In this document: piece by piece, positions 38,611 to 46,682 of the stretch
Layout: the number at the start of each line of letters is the position of its first letter
Numbering within the stretch: the first letter of the stretch is position 1
From: a virus
Direction: 5' to 3' (one strand)
IMG/VR virus record: IMGVR_UViG_3300046736_000122
Span: 1-64,000 of that record
DNA length: 64,000 bases
Made by a program: the position numbers and the translations under genes
Notes under the pieces: generated by a model
The model's database searches: none
Told to the model about the DNA's origin: nothing
Seen by the model: only the letters and a program-made list of their open reading frames with translations

Positions 38611-38804
38611 CGCTCGCTCTCTCTGCGCGCCTGGCTGTCGGCGACGAAATCTTCCCAGCCGGCTGGCGGCGCGATCTCGCCCTTCAGCACTCGGACACCG
38701 TCGCTGGTGCTGCCGCATGCCTTGATGAACGTGCCGTAGCGCTCGATCACATCGTCCAGAGCCAGCTGGATGTAGTAGGTGATGCCCTTCCCAGTAGATT
38801 CCAT
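38607..38804 (-). CDS. hypothetical protein (moron, leaderless)
   Basis: ATG six nt after TAGAAT. Confidence 0.6.
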   Translation of the reverse strand: MESTGKGITYYIQLALDDVIERYGTFIKACGSTSDGVRVLKGEIAPPAGWEDFVADSQARRESER

Positions 38805-38810
38805 GCACCT

Positions 38811-38839
38811 ATTCTAGTTGGCAACTGCGTGCGGGTCAA
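38811..38839 (-). promoter_or_regulatory. sigma70-type promoter TTGACC-N17-TAGAAT
   Basis: near-consensus hexamers; AGTTG-G-CAACT palindrome in the spacer. Confidence 0.75.
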
Positions 38840-38887
38840 GGCTGTAACTGGCCTCGGCTGCCGGTCGACCGTGGTATAACACGATGT

Positions 38888-39115
38888 ATGCCAATCGAAC
38901 TCACGAGCGAGCAAGCCGCGGCGATCGGCAATGTGCTCGAAACGGCGGACAACTACTGCTGTGTCTGCGCGGCGAACCTCGCGGCGGAGATGGCCGCGAT
39001 CTGTCCGGGCCACGACTGGCTTGTCCTCGTCGGCGGGGAGCATGACGACGACGGGCCGCTTGTCGATCTGGCCTCGGGTGGCCGCGTGGTCTACGGGGCG
39101 CCGGATGGCGCGTAA
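38888..39115 (+). CDS. hypothetical protein
   Basis: follows TGGTATAAC. Confidence 0.5.
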   Translation: MPIELTSEQAAAIGNVLETADNYCCVCAANLAAEMAAICPGHDWLVLVGGEHDDDGPLVDLASGGRVVYGAPDGA

Positions 39116-39350
39116 GCAACTCGGGATGGTCGACGACGACCTGCTCGCCCGGGTCGATGCGTGCGCGCTCACGCTCGGGCAGACGCGGCGCGTGTTCACG
39201 GAGCGGGCGTTGGAGGCGTGGCTGAAGGATTCGGAGGGCGATCCTGCCGCGGTCATGGAGCGCCGGATCCTCGCGGCCCGTGCCGCCCGCGAGACTGCGG
39301 CGATGGCCCGTCAGCGCAAACTCAACGAGGCGAAGCGAGGGAAGACATGA
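39105..39350 (+). CDS. ribbon-helix-helix-like DNA-binding protein
   Basis: VDDDLLARVDACALTLGQTRRVFTERALEAWL. Confidence 0.55.
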   Translation: MARKQLGMVDDDLLARVDACALTLGQTRRVFTERALEAWLKDSEGDPAAVMERRILAARAARETAAMARQRKLNEAKRGKT

Positions 39351-39390
39351 GTGCCTTGCCGGCCACGAAGCCGATCCCGAAGGGGAAGCG

Positions 39391-39762
39391 ATGAGCCGCG
39401 CCGCGCAGGTCTGGACGCGCTTCAACCCGCCGCGCGAGCCGATGCAGATGGCGGCTGTTGCGCCGCAAGACTTCGCGTGGTTCGCGTTCGCAGCTGACGA
39501 GCAGGTCCAGGCGGTCGAGGTCCGCGACGAAGGTGAGCGGCACGTCACGGTCACGCACGCGGCAGGCGACTGCATCGGCGCGGCTGGAATGCTGCGCCAT
39601 CGCCTCCTCCAGTGGCACAACACCGACTACGGCCTGACGGACGAGCAGCTGGTTGCCTGCGCGGCCGAAGCGCGCGCCTACGTCGGCGGCAGACGGCTGA
39701 GTTGGACGACGATCGCGGCTGACCGTATTCGCGCCGCAGCCGAACCTCCGGCGCGGCCATGA
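39391..39762 (+). CDS. hypothetical protein
   Basis: coupled to terL. Confidence 0.5.
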   Translation: MSRAAQVWTRFNPPREPMQMAAVAPQDFAWFAFAADEQVQAVEVRDEGERHVTVTHAAGDCIGAAGMLRHRLLQWHNTDYGLTDEQLVACAAEARAYVGGRRLSWTTIAADRIRAAAEPPARP

Positions 39763-41411
39763 CCCTCCCCGCCTGGGCCGCATTGGCGGCCGACTACCGC
39801 GACCCACCCGACGACGACGGCAGCGATCGTGAGCTCGCCCTCCGCTGCTCACGCGATCTGCGGGTGTTCATCCGGGAGGCCTGGCCGATCCTCGAGCCCG
39901 CCAGGCCGTTCGTTGGGAACTGGCACATCGACTGCGTTGCCGAGCACCTGATGGCGGTCAGCGCGGGGGAGATGCCGCGACTGCTGATCAACCAGCCGCC
40001 GAACACGACGAAGAGCGTCACGACGGCCGTGTGCTGGTCGGCGTGGGAGTGGATCGACTCGCCGCACCTGCGCTGGATGTTCGCCTCCTACGCCGAGAAG
40101 TTCGCGTTGCGGGACTCACGCAAGCAGCGCGACCTCATCGCCAGCCGCGGCGGCAAGCCCGACGGCCGGCTGTTTCAGCGCCGCGGCTACCAGGGCCTTC
40201 TCGCTCTCCTCGGCAAGTCGTGGCAGTTGTCGTCCGACCAGAACGCGAAGGGCCGCTACGACACGACGGCGGGCGGCATGCGGCTCGCTACCGCGATCCG
40301 TGGCCAGGCGACGGGCGATCACGCCGACCGCATCGTTGTCGACGACCCGCTGAATCCCGAGCAGGCGTACTCGCAGGTCGACCGCGAGCGCGTGAACCGC
40401 TGGTGGGACGGCACGATGAAGAGCCGCTTCATCGACGACAAGGCCACGGCCGTCATCGTCGCCCAGCGCCTTCACGAGAACGACCTGCCCGGCTACCTGC
40501 TCGCGCAGGACGCGGGGTGGCATCACCTGTGTCTGCCGGCGGAGTACATCCCAAGCCACCAGTTCACCTACCCAGCGAAGGTGCGGCTGGCGTCTGGCCG
40601 GGAGATCGACGGCGACCCGCGCACCGAGCCGGGCGAGCTGCTTGACCCGGTGCGGCTGAGCGAGGCCGCGCTCGCCGAACATCGCGGCAACTCGTTCGTC
40701 TTCGCCGGCCAGTTCCAGCAGCAGCCGGCGCCGGAGGGCGGCGGCATGTTCAAGCGCGACTGGTTCGAGCCGCGCTGGCAACCCGGCTTCGACCGCTACC
40801 TCGAGCTTGGCTTCGACCGGGTCATCCAGTCGTGGGATATGGCGTTCAAGGACACGAAGGGCTCAGACTTCGTTGTCGGCCAGGTGTGGGGATTCCACGG
40901 CGCCGACTGCTACCTGCTCGCGCAGGTCCGTGGTCGCTTCGAGTTCTCCGTCACGCTGCACGTCTTCCGTGCGTTGACAGCGTTCGAGCCGCGCGCGATC
41001 GCCAAGCTCGTCGAGGACAAGGCGAACGGGCCGGCGGTCATCAGCGCGCTGCGACACGAGATCCGCGGCATCATCCCGTACACCCCGAAGGACAGCAAGC
41101 CGGCGCGCGCTCGCGCCGTGACGCCGCTGTTCGAGGCGCGCAACGTCGTGCTGCCCGCGGCTGACACGATCCCGTGCCCGGAGTTCTACATGGACGAGCG
41201 CGGCCGTCGGCACGAGATCCCGCCGACGACGGTCAGCGACTACATCCACGAGTTGGCGGTCTTCGATTCCGGCGCGAATGACGATCAGGTCGACGCGACG
41301 TCGCAGGCGCTTGAGTGGGCGAACCCGATGCCGCGTGCACCCGAGCCCGATGAGCCACGGCAGGGTGTGGCTGAGACTCCGATGTCGGGAATCTTGGGCG
41401 TGAAGTGGTGA
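39759..41411 (+). CDS. terL: terminase large subunit
   Basis: LLINQPPNTTKS, IVVDDP, QRLHENDL, SWDMAFK, EDKANG, NDDQVDATSQAL. Confidence 0.93.
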   Translation: MTLPAWAALAADYRDPPDDDGSDRELALRCSRDLRVFIREAWPILEPARPFVGNWHIDCVAEHLMAVSAGEMPRLLINQPPNTTKSVTTAVCWSAWEWIDSPHLRWMFASYAEKFALRDSRKQRDLIASRGGKPDGRLFQRRGYQGLLALLGKSWQLSSDQNAKGRYDTTAGGMRLATAIRGQATGDHADRIVVDDPLNPEQAYSQVDRERVNRWWDGTMKSRFIDDKATAVIVAQRLHENDLPGYLLAQDAGWHHLCLPAEYIPSHQFTYPAKVRLASGREIDGDPRTEPGELLDPVRLSEAALAEHRGNSFVFAGQFQQQPAPEGGGMFKRDWFEPRWQPGFDRYLELGFDRVIQSWDMAFKDTKGSDFVVGQVWGFHGADCYLLAQVRGRFEFSVTLHVFRALTAFEPRAIAKLVEDKANGPAVISALRHEIRGIIPYTPKDSKPARARAVTPLFEARNVVLPAADTIPCPEFYMDERGRRHEIPPTTVSDYIHELAVFDSGANDDQVDATSQALEWANPMPRAPEPDEPRQGVAETPMSGILGVKW

Positions 41412-41650
41412 TCGCCGTCTACGTGAGTGTGGAGCGTCAGGACGCCGACCTGTTCGCCGCGCAGGCGTACGCGCACTGCGCCCTGCCGTTCGTGCCCGCG
41501 CCGGGCGACACGTTCTACATCGACAGCGACAGCGGCGGCATGACGGTCCTTCGCCGCGAATGCACGGCCGGCGACGAGCAGGCGACGATCGTGGTGGACG
41601 GCGCGGGATGGTCGCTCGACGAGTTGCGTGACGCCGGGTTCGTGGTCTGA
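41405..41650 (+). CDS. hypothetical protein
   Basis: coupled ORF. Confidence 0.5.
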   Translation: MVIAVYVSVERQDADLFAAQAYAHCALPFVPAPGDTFYIDSDSGGMTVLRRECTAGDEQATIVVDGAGWSLDELRDAGFVV

Positions 41651-41665
41651 ACCGCCGGGCCGCGG

Positions 41666-41699
41666 CGATGGACTCGCGCGGCTGTCCCGCGCCTAGCGT
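41666..41699 (+). promoter_or_regulatory. class-II late promoter CGATGGAC-N20-TAGCGT
   Basis: ATG 41706 follows six nt later (leaderless). Confidence 0.65.
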
Positions 41700-41705
41700 T
41701 CGGCT

Positions 41706-41957
41706 ATGGCCACTGGCTACGAGAGGCATGCGGAGAAGCACGGCCGGTGGCGAGGAAACGACGTGCTGTTCGACCCGCACGCGTCGACCTACGGGCGCTG
41801 GCGGCCCAAGCCCGGCATCTCACCGAGCTACGCCGCGCACAAAGCCACGCAGGAGCGCGGCCGTCGATGCCGCGCCGCGCGGGCGGCTGCTGACCTCGCC
41901 GCTACCTCTGCGTTGGCCTGGCTCGAACGTCGTGGTGACACCGTGGCGCTGCCGTGA
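41706..41957 (+). CDS. hypothetical protein
   Basis: leaderless start, coupled. Confidence 0.5.
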   Translation: MATGYERHAEKHGRWRGNDVLFDPHASTYGRWRPKPGISPSYAAHKATQERGRRCRAARAAADLAATSALAWLERRGDTVALP

Positions 41958-42148
41958 CGCGGCTGCGGGAGGTCGGCAAGGGGCTGTTCTACGGCCTCGC
42001 TCCGTGGTGGCTGTACGAGCGCGAGTGCCACTACGCCGGCTGGTCGTATCGCGAACATCTCGCTGAGAATCTGCGCCTCGCGTGGCGATGGGCGACGTGG
42101 CGCGAGACGAAGGGCGACCGCGAGTTCGCCGCCGAGGCATCCTCGTGA
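41954..42148 (+). CDS. hypothetical protein
   Basis: coupled to the portal gene. Confidence 0.5.
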   Translation: MTRLREVGKGLFYGLAPWWLYERECHYAGWSYREHLAENLRLAWRWATWRETKGDREFAAEASS

Positions 42149-45100
42149 CCACCCGCCGGCTCGACCTCGCCGCCGCGGCAGCCAACGTCAAGGCCGCGGC
42201 CAGCGGCCCCCTCGACCAGAAGTCAAGCGTCTTCCCCGAACTCACCGGCTTCAGCGGACTGCCAGGGTGGTCGTACTTCATCCCGCAGGAACGCGAACTC
42301 TCCGAGGCATGGCGTGGCCGCAAGCGTCTCGAAACGGTCGACGAGATGCTCAACCACTATCAGGTGGCAGCGTGCTGGCAGGCCGTGCGGTTGCCGGTCC
42401 ACCGGTACGTCATTGAGCTTGCGCCGCGCCGCGCGAACATCGTCGACGCTGACCTCATCGCCTCGGACCTCGATGTCCCGCTGCAAGGCCACGAGGACAC
42501 ATCAGACCGCGATCGTGACGAGGAGGACTTCAGCCAGCGCCGCCACCTCGACCGCGCACTGGACGCCGTCACGATCGGCCACGCGGTGTTCGAGCAGGTC
42601 GGCTACATCGACCAGGCCGGCACGTGGCGGCTACGCGATCTCGCGCCGGTGCCGCAGTGGACGCTCGACGACGCGTCGTGGAAGGTAGACAAGCACGGCA
42701 AGTTGCTGGAGGTCGTGCAGTATGGCGCGACACCGGAGGTGCGCATCCCGGCCGATCATCTCGCCGTGTTCACGTGGCAGGGGGCACCGGGCGACTTCCG
42801 CGGACGGTCGATCCTCAGGCCGTTGACGGCGCCGTGGATGCTGTCGGACCGCGGGATGCGCGTGACGGGGATGGCGATGGAACGCACCGGCATGGGGATC
42901 CCGGTCGGCAAGGTCGGGATGGGCGCCGGGGTGCAGGCCAAGCAGGACATGGAACGGCTGCTGCGCAACCTCGCGGCCGGCGAGAACACGAACCTCGTGC
43001 TCGAAACGGACGAGGACATTCAGAAATCGATGATGCTGATGGGTGTCACGGGCTCAACCCCGGATCTCGTCGGGATCCTGCGCCACTGGGATGAAGCGAT
43101 CGCCCGCGCGATGCTCGCGTCGTTGCTGCAACTCGGGTCGACGGAGACGGGTAGCCGCGCGCTCGGCGAGACGTTCGACGACCTGCTGTCGATGTTTCAC
43201 GACACGGTCGTCACGTGGTACTGCGACGCGATGAACCGGCTCGTGCGGCTGTGGATGATTCGCAACCGTGGGCCGGATGCGCCGCGACCGATGCTTGTGT
43301 GGAAGCGCCGCGACGACGAGGGCGTGCCAGCACCCGCTCCCGCCGACACGCCACCCGTTCCCGCCGGCCCCACGCCCGTGGCAGCCAAGCGCCGCCCGAT
43401 GACCGCCGCGGCCCGCCACGAACGCAAGGCGAAGGCGACACGCACCGCGTTCGCTCAGGCCGCCGGCCGGGACCTTCGCCGCGACCCGACCCCGGCCGAG
43501 CTCGCGGCGGGCACCGACTTCTCACGGCTCGAGCGCGAGCACGTCGCGGCGAGAGAAGACCTCGCGGCGGTGTTGCTGCGCGAGCGCGATGACCTCGCCG
43601 CGCGCGCGGTCGAGATCATCGCCGCGATGCCGACCGTCGACCCGCTCACGTTGGGTGCTGTTCTCGGCCCGCAGCTCGCCGGTCACGCGGCCGGGATGGA
43701 CACTGGTCCGCTCGTCACGCTGCTCGAAGCATCGGCCGCGCAAGGCCAGGCGCAGGTGGTCGCGGAGGCGGCCACGCAGGGCGTCACGATCACGCCCGAC
43801 GTCGACTACGCGGCGCGCGCGGCCGTCGAGGCGAACGAGCTTCAGCGCCGCATGGCGGTGCAGGTGACGGAGGCGTGTGCGGCGGCGGCGAAGACGATCG
43901 TTCCTGCCGCGCCGGCGGTGCGGGCTCGCCGCGGCTTCATGTCGAAGCTTCGCCCGCCCGCGCGGCTGGCAACGATCGAGGCGGGCACGATCGAGGACTT
44001 TCTGTCGTCGCTGTCCCCCGCCGCGGCCGAACAGGCTGCGGCGGGAGCGACATCGAGGGCGAACGGTGGCGGACGGTTCGGCGCGATCGCGTCCGCGCCG
44101 ACGCAAGCTGTCTACGCAAGCGAACTGCTTGACGAGAACACGTGCGTCGCTCCCGACGCACTCGTGATGACGGCTGAAGGCGAGAAGCCGGCTGCCGAGA
44201 TCACGCTACGGGATCGCCTCCTCACGCACGCAGGGCGGTACATCGCACCATCGGCCATCGTGCCGTCAGATGCGAAGGGTGAGCTGGTCCGGGTGCTGGT
44301 AGGGGGTCGCACGCTTCGGGCGACGCCCGACCACCGCGTGCTTGTCGTCCGGGGGAATAGCCTCGCCTGGCGCGAGGCGGGCGAACTGCTCGTGGGCGAT
44401 CTCATGGTCAGCGAGGCGACTGCGCAGACGGGCAGCGAACCCATCAGCCATGATGTCCGACTCGGGGATGCGCCACACGGTGAGCCCCCGCGACTCAAGG
44501 TCGGCGGTTTTGCGCCGGTCAGCATCGGGCCGCAGCGAGTGCCAGTAGGTGCCGTCCGCTTCGATGACGACCGCGCCGAGGAGGAAGTCCACGACCCACG
44601 GCCCGACCTGGGCCTGGGCGGTGTGGCGCAGGCGCGCCACTTCAAGGATCTCGCGGACGACGCGCTCGATACTCGTCTCGGCATCGCTGGCGACGTAGCA
44701 TCGTCGCGAGCAGTACCGCTTGCGCGACTCGGCGGACGGCACTATGCGGATGGTCTTCCCGCAGTGCTGACAGTCGATAAGGACCGGCGGCCTACGGCAG
44801 GCTTCGCAGCAGTGACGGCGCGGCGTCTTCCGCCCGTGGCGGAAGGGGGCCCCGCATCGCTCGCAGGTTGCGTCGCGTCCACGGTGGGCGTTCGAGCAGG
44901 CGCGGGTGCAGTAGTTGTAGCGAGGCGCGTTGGACGCGGGGATGTCGAAGTTCGTTCCGCATCCGACGCATGTCTTCGTCACGCGGTGGCGTGGGCGGCC
45001 CGGGTAACTCGCGTGGTCCTTAGAGCGACAGGCGTGCGAGCAGTACTTGGCCCTACGTCGTTGTCTGCCAGTGATCTCGGCGCCGCATCGCTTACAGATC

Positions 45101-45480
45101 GGCGTGGGCCGATGAGCGTTCCGGCTTGTCCACCGTGCGACCGCGGCACAAGATCTACAGCGCTGACCGGTGACGACGGGCTTGCCGCAGTCCATACACG
45201 TCTTGTCCATAAGAAGATGGTACTAATGCGCGTGGACGCGACGACGGTCACGCGATACGTGGGTCGCGTCTTCGACTTCACGATCCCCGGCGATCACACG
45301 TTCTTCGCGGAAGGTGTCCTTGTGCACAACTGCGGCCCGTGCGCGGATGTCGACGGCCGCGAGTACGAGTCGATCGAGGACGCGATGCTGGACTATCCGA
45401 GCCTCGGCGGGTTCTTCGACTGCGAGGGCGGCGAGCGTTGTCGCGGGACGGCGGTTGCCGTGTTCGAGGGCGAGGTCTAG
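42145..45480 (+). CDS. portal protein (DUF935 / Mu gp29-like) fused to a gpF-like head-morphogenesis domain, intein-containing
   Basis: GRSILRP, ERTGMGIPVG, GSRALGE portal motifs; the spliced C-terminus reads LDENT-CGPC..DG..C..RCRG. Confidence 0.85.
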   Translation: MTTRRLDLAAAAANVKAAASGPLDQKSSVFPELTGFSGLPGWSYFIPQERELSEAWRGRKRLETVDEMLNHYQVAACWQAVRLPVHRYVIELAPRRANIVDADLIASDLDVPLQGHEDTSDRDRDEEDFSQRRHLDRALDAVTIGHAVFEQVGYIDQAGTWRLRDLAPVPQWTLDDASWKVDKHGKLLEVVQYGATPEVRIPADHLAVFTWQGAPGDFRGRSILRPLTAPWMLSDRGMRVTGMAMERTGMGIPVGKVGMGAGVQAKQDMERLLRNLAAGENTNLVLETDEDIQKSMMLMGVTGSTPDLVGILRHWDEAIARAMLASLLQLGSTETGSRALGETFDDLLSMFHDTVVTWYCDAMNRLVRLWMIRNRGPDAPRPMLVWKRRDDEGVPAPAPADTPPVPAGPTPVAAKRRPMTAAARHERKAKATRTAFAQAAGRDLRRDPTPAELAAGTDFSRLEREHVAAREDLAAVLLRERDDLAARAVEIIAAMPTVDPLTLGAVLGPQLAGHAAGMDTGPLVTLLEASAAQGQAQVVAEAATQGVTITPDVDYAARAAVEANELQRRMAVQVTEACAAAAKTIVPAAPAVRARRGFMSKLRPPARLATIEAGTIEDFLSSLSPAAAEQAAAGATSRANGGGRFGAIASAPTQAVYASELLDENTCVAPDALVMTAEGEKPAAEITLRDRLLTHAGRYIAPSAIVPSDAKGELVRVLVGGRTLRATPDHRVLVVRGNSLAWREAGELLVGDLMVSEATAQTGSEPISHDVRLGDAPHGEPPRLKVGGFAPVSIGPQRVPVGAVRFDDDRAEEEVHDPRPDLGLGGVAQARHFKDLADDALDTRLGIAGDVASSRAVPLARLGGRHYADGLPAVLTVDKDRRPTAGFAAVTARRLPPVAEGGPASLAGCVASTVGVRAGAGAVVVARRVGRGDVEVRSASDACLRHAVAWAARVTRVVLRATGVRAVLGPTSLSASDLGAASLTDRRGPMSVPACPPCDRGTRSTALTGDDGLAAVHTRLVHKKMVLMRVDATTVTRYVGRVFDFTIPGDHTFFAEGVLVHNCGPCADVDGREYESIEDAMLDYPSLGGFFDCEGGERCRGTAVAVFEGEV
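44266..45210 (-). CDS. Zn-finger + Vsr/DUF559-type endonuclease, antisense inside the intein
   Basis: about five CxxC..C(S/T/E)xxC units, then ETSIE..VVDF..IEADGTYWH..DRRKT..GLTVWRI. Confidence 0.88.
   Translation of the reverse strand: MDKTCMDCGKPVVTGQRCRSCAAVARWTSRNAHRPTPICKRCGAEITGRQRRRAKYCSHACRSKDHASYPGRPRHRVTKTCVGCGTNFDIPASNAPRYNYCTRACSNAHRGRDATCERCGAPFRHGRKTPRRHCCEACRRPPVLIDCQHCGKTIRIVPSAESRKRYCSRRCYVASDAETSIERVVREILEVARLRHTAQAQVGPWVVDFLLGAVVIEADGTYWHSLRPDADRRKTADLESRGLTVWRIPESDIMADGFAARLRSRLADHEIAHEQFARLAPGEAIPPDDKHAVVGRRPKRATPYQHPDQLTLRI
45217..45222 (-). promoter_or_regulatory. -10 box TACCAT for the antisense endonuclease
   Basis: TACCAT-cttctt-ATG, the same 6-nt spacing as other leaderless promoters in this genome. 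Confidence 0.55.
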
Positions 45481-45487
45481 TCCAGGT

Positions 45488-45841
45488 CTAGACCGGGCCG
45501 CCGCCGTACCGTTCGTGCGCGGCTTGCTTGCTGATTCGAAGGGCCGCGCCGACCTGCGCCCATGACGCGCCTTGCGCACGGGCTTCGGCGACGAGTCGCG
45601 CCGCGCGAGCTTCTACGGCCTCGCGCTCGCCGGGGATCGCCATGAGTTCGGCGAGCGGGGAGGGCGCCGGGTCTGAGGCCGCCGTCACGATCGTCGGCCG
45701 CTCTCTCAACTTCTCGAATGTCTGTGAGGCAACGACCATCGGCGTGGGCACCGTTTCGGCGTTGTCCACCAGGCAAACCGATGGCGAGTCGAAGACCCGG
45801 CCGCAACCCGGACAGACGTGCAAGATCACCGGCTCAGGCAT
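45488..45841 (-). CDS. Zn-ribbon + HTH protein (moron)
   Basis: CPGCG; ARAQGASWAQVGAALRISKQAAHERY. Confidence 0.7.
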   Translation of the reverse strand: MPEPVILHVCPGCGRVFDSPSVCLVDNAETVPTPMVVASQTFEKLRERPTIVTAASDPAPSPLAELMAIPGEREAVEARAARLVAEARAQGASWAQVGAALRISKQAAHERYGGGPV

Positions 45842-45857
45842 GACGAGCGACCCCCCT

Positions 45858-46067
45858 TTACCACAGGCCGGGCGCCCGGTAGGTCGCCCGTACGCATGCT
45901 TGACACTGGCGCAGTCGATCGGAAGGCCGTGGCTGATCGTGCGGCGGTAGCTCGACGTTGCCCGGCGTTAGTTCGGAGGTGTCGGTCTGTGGTGCTTGCC
46001 AGCCCTGCCATGGCTCGCCGCATGCCGTGTTGTTGCCGTCAGCTATGTGTGCGACGTAATCGCTCAC
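45858..46067 (-). CDS. hypothetical protein (moron)
   Basis: GTGA overlap with the upstream gene. Confidence 0.5.
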   Translation of the reverse strand: MSDYVAHIADGNNTACGEPWQGWQAPQTDTSELTPGNVELPPHDQPRPSDRLRQCQACVRATYRAPGLW

Positions 46068-46408
46068 GCTGCGTGCGCTACGCCGTGGTTCGCGCCGCCG
46101 CACGAGCAGTCGCAGGCGGGGCCGGTGGCGGTCGTGCAGCGCGCGTCGCACTTGTGGTCCGGGACGAGGCGACCCTTGACGGACGCCAGACGGTAGACGC
46201 CGTGCTCCGGGCAGCGTGCGGAGACTGCAACCCCGTTGAGGATGAACGGGAGGGCGGCGTCGTACGTGGCGCCGGCCGCGGTCAGGAGAGCGTTGTCGCC
46301 GTCGCGGCGGTAGGAGGAGTCAAGATCCTGCACGTCGGCGCCGAGGACGTAGGTCGCGTGCTTGCAGCCCTTCGTCTTGCACTTGCCGAGGTAAGCGGTG
46401 GAGTTCAT
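46064..46408 (-). CDS. Cys-rich hypothetical protein (moron, leaderless)
   Basis: CDARCTTATGPACDCSCGGANHG. Confidence 0.7.
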   Translation of the reverse strand: MNSTAYLGKCKTKGCKHATYVLGADVQDLDSSYRRDGDNALLTAAGATYDAALPFILNGVAVSARCPEHGVYRLASVKGRLVPDHKCDARCTTATGPACDCSCGGANHGVAHAA

Positions 46409-46456
46409 GCGTCAAGACTACCTGACGCCGCGCGGTGTGTCAAGACATCCTGACGC
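46409..46456 (-). promoter_or_regulatory. TTGACA-N17-TAGTCT promoter with two operator-like palindromes
   Basis: GCGTCAAGACTACCTGACGC (46409-46428) and GTGTCAAGACATCCTGACGC (46437-46456). Confidence 0.8.
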
Positions 46457-46473
46457 GCCGTCGCTCCGCTCGA

Positions 46474-46507
46474 CGATGGACTCGCGGCCCTGACCCACAC
46501 CTAGCGT
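46474..46507 (+). promoter_or_regulatory. class-II late promoter CGATGGAC-N20-TAGCGT
   Basis: near-copy of the 41666 element. Confidence 0.65.
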
Positions 46508-46514
46508 TGGCCGG

Positions 46515-46682
46515 GTGAAGCAGCCCAGCATCCTCGACGCTTTCAAGCCCGGCCCGACGTGCATCGGTCACTGCGTCGACGGCCACGTCTGCGAAGAGCA
46601 CCCGGACATGCCGTGGCCGCACACGGCGTGCGACGCGGCGGGGATGCCTTGCCCAGACTCGGATTGCCGCGGCGATGCCTGA
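46515..46682 (+). CDS. small Cys/His-rich protein
   Basis: C..C..GHVCEEHPDMPW..C..AGMPC; below the ORF-track size cutoff. Confidence 0.55.
   Translation: MKQPSILDAFKPGPTCIGHCVDGHVCEEHPDMPWPHTACDAAGMPCPDSDCRGDA

Larger units (their letters stand above)
44143..45330 (+). mobile_element. intein (396 aa, Hint domain)
   Basis: block A CVAPDALVMT, block B ATPDHRVLV, block F VFDFTIPGDHTFFA, block G VLVHN followed by Cys+1. Confidence 0.92.

Noticed and set aside
10351-39762. Kozak-like reading of GCGGCCATG implying a eukaryotic host
   Set aside because: Gene content, SD sites, sigma70-type promoters and coupled operons are bacterial; the resemblance is probably coincidental.
44410-45210. In-frame LAGLIDADG/HNH domain within the intein
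   Set aside because: No such motifs in the + frame; the coding signal is on the - strand.
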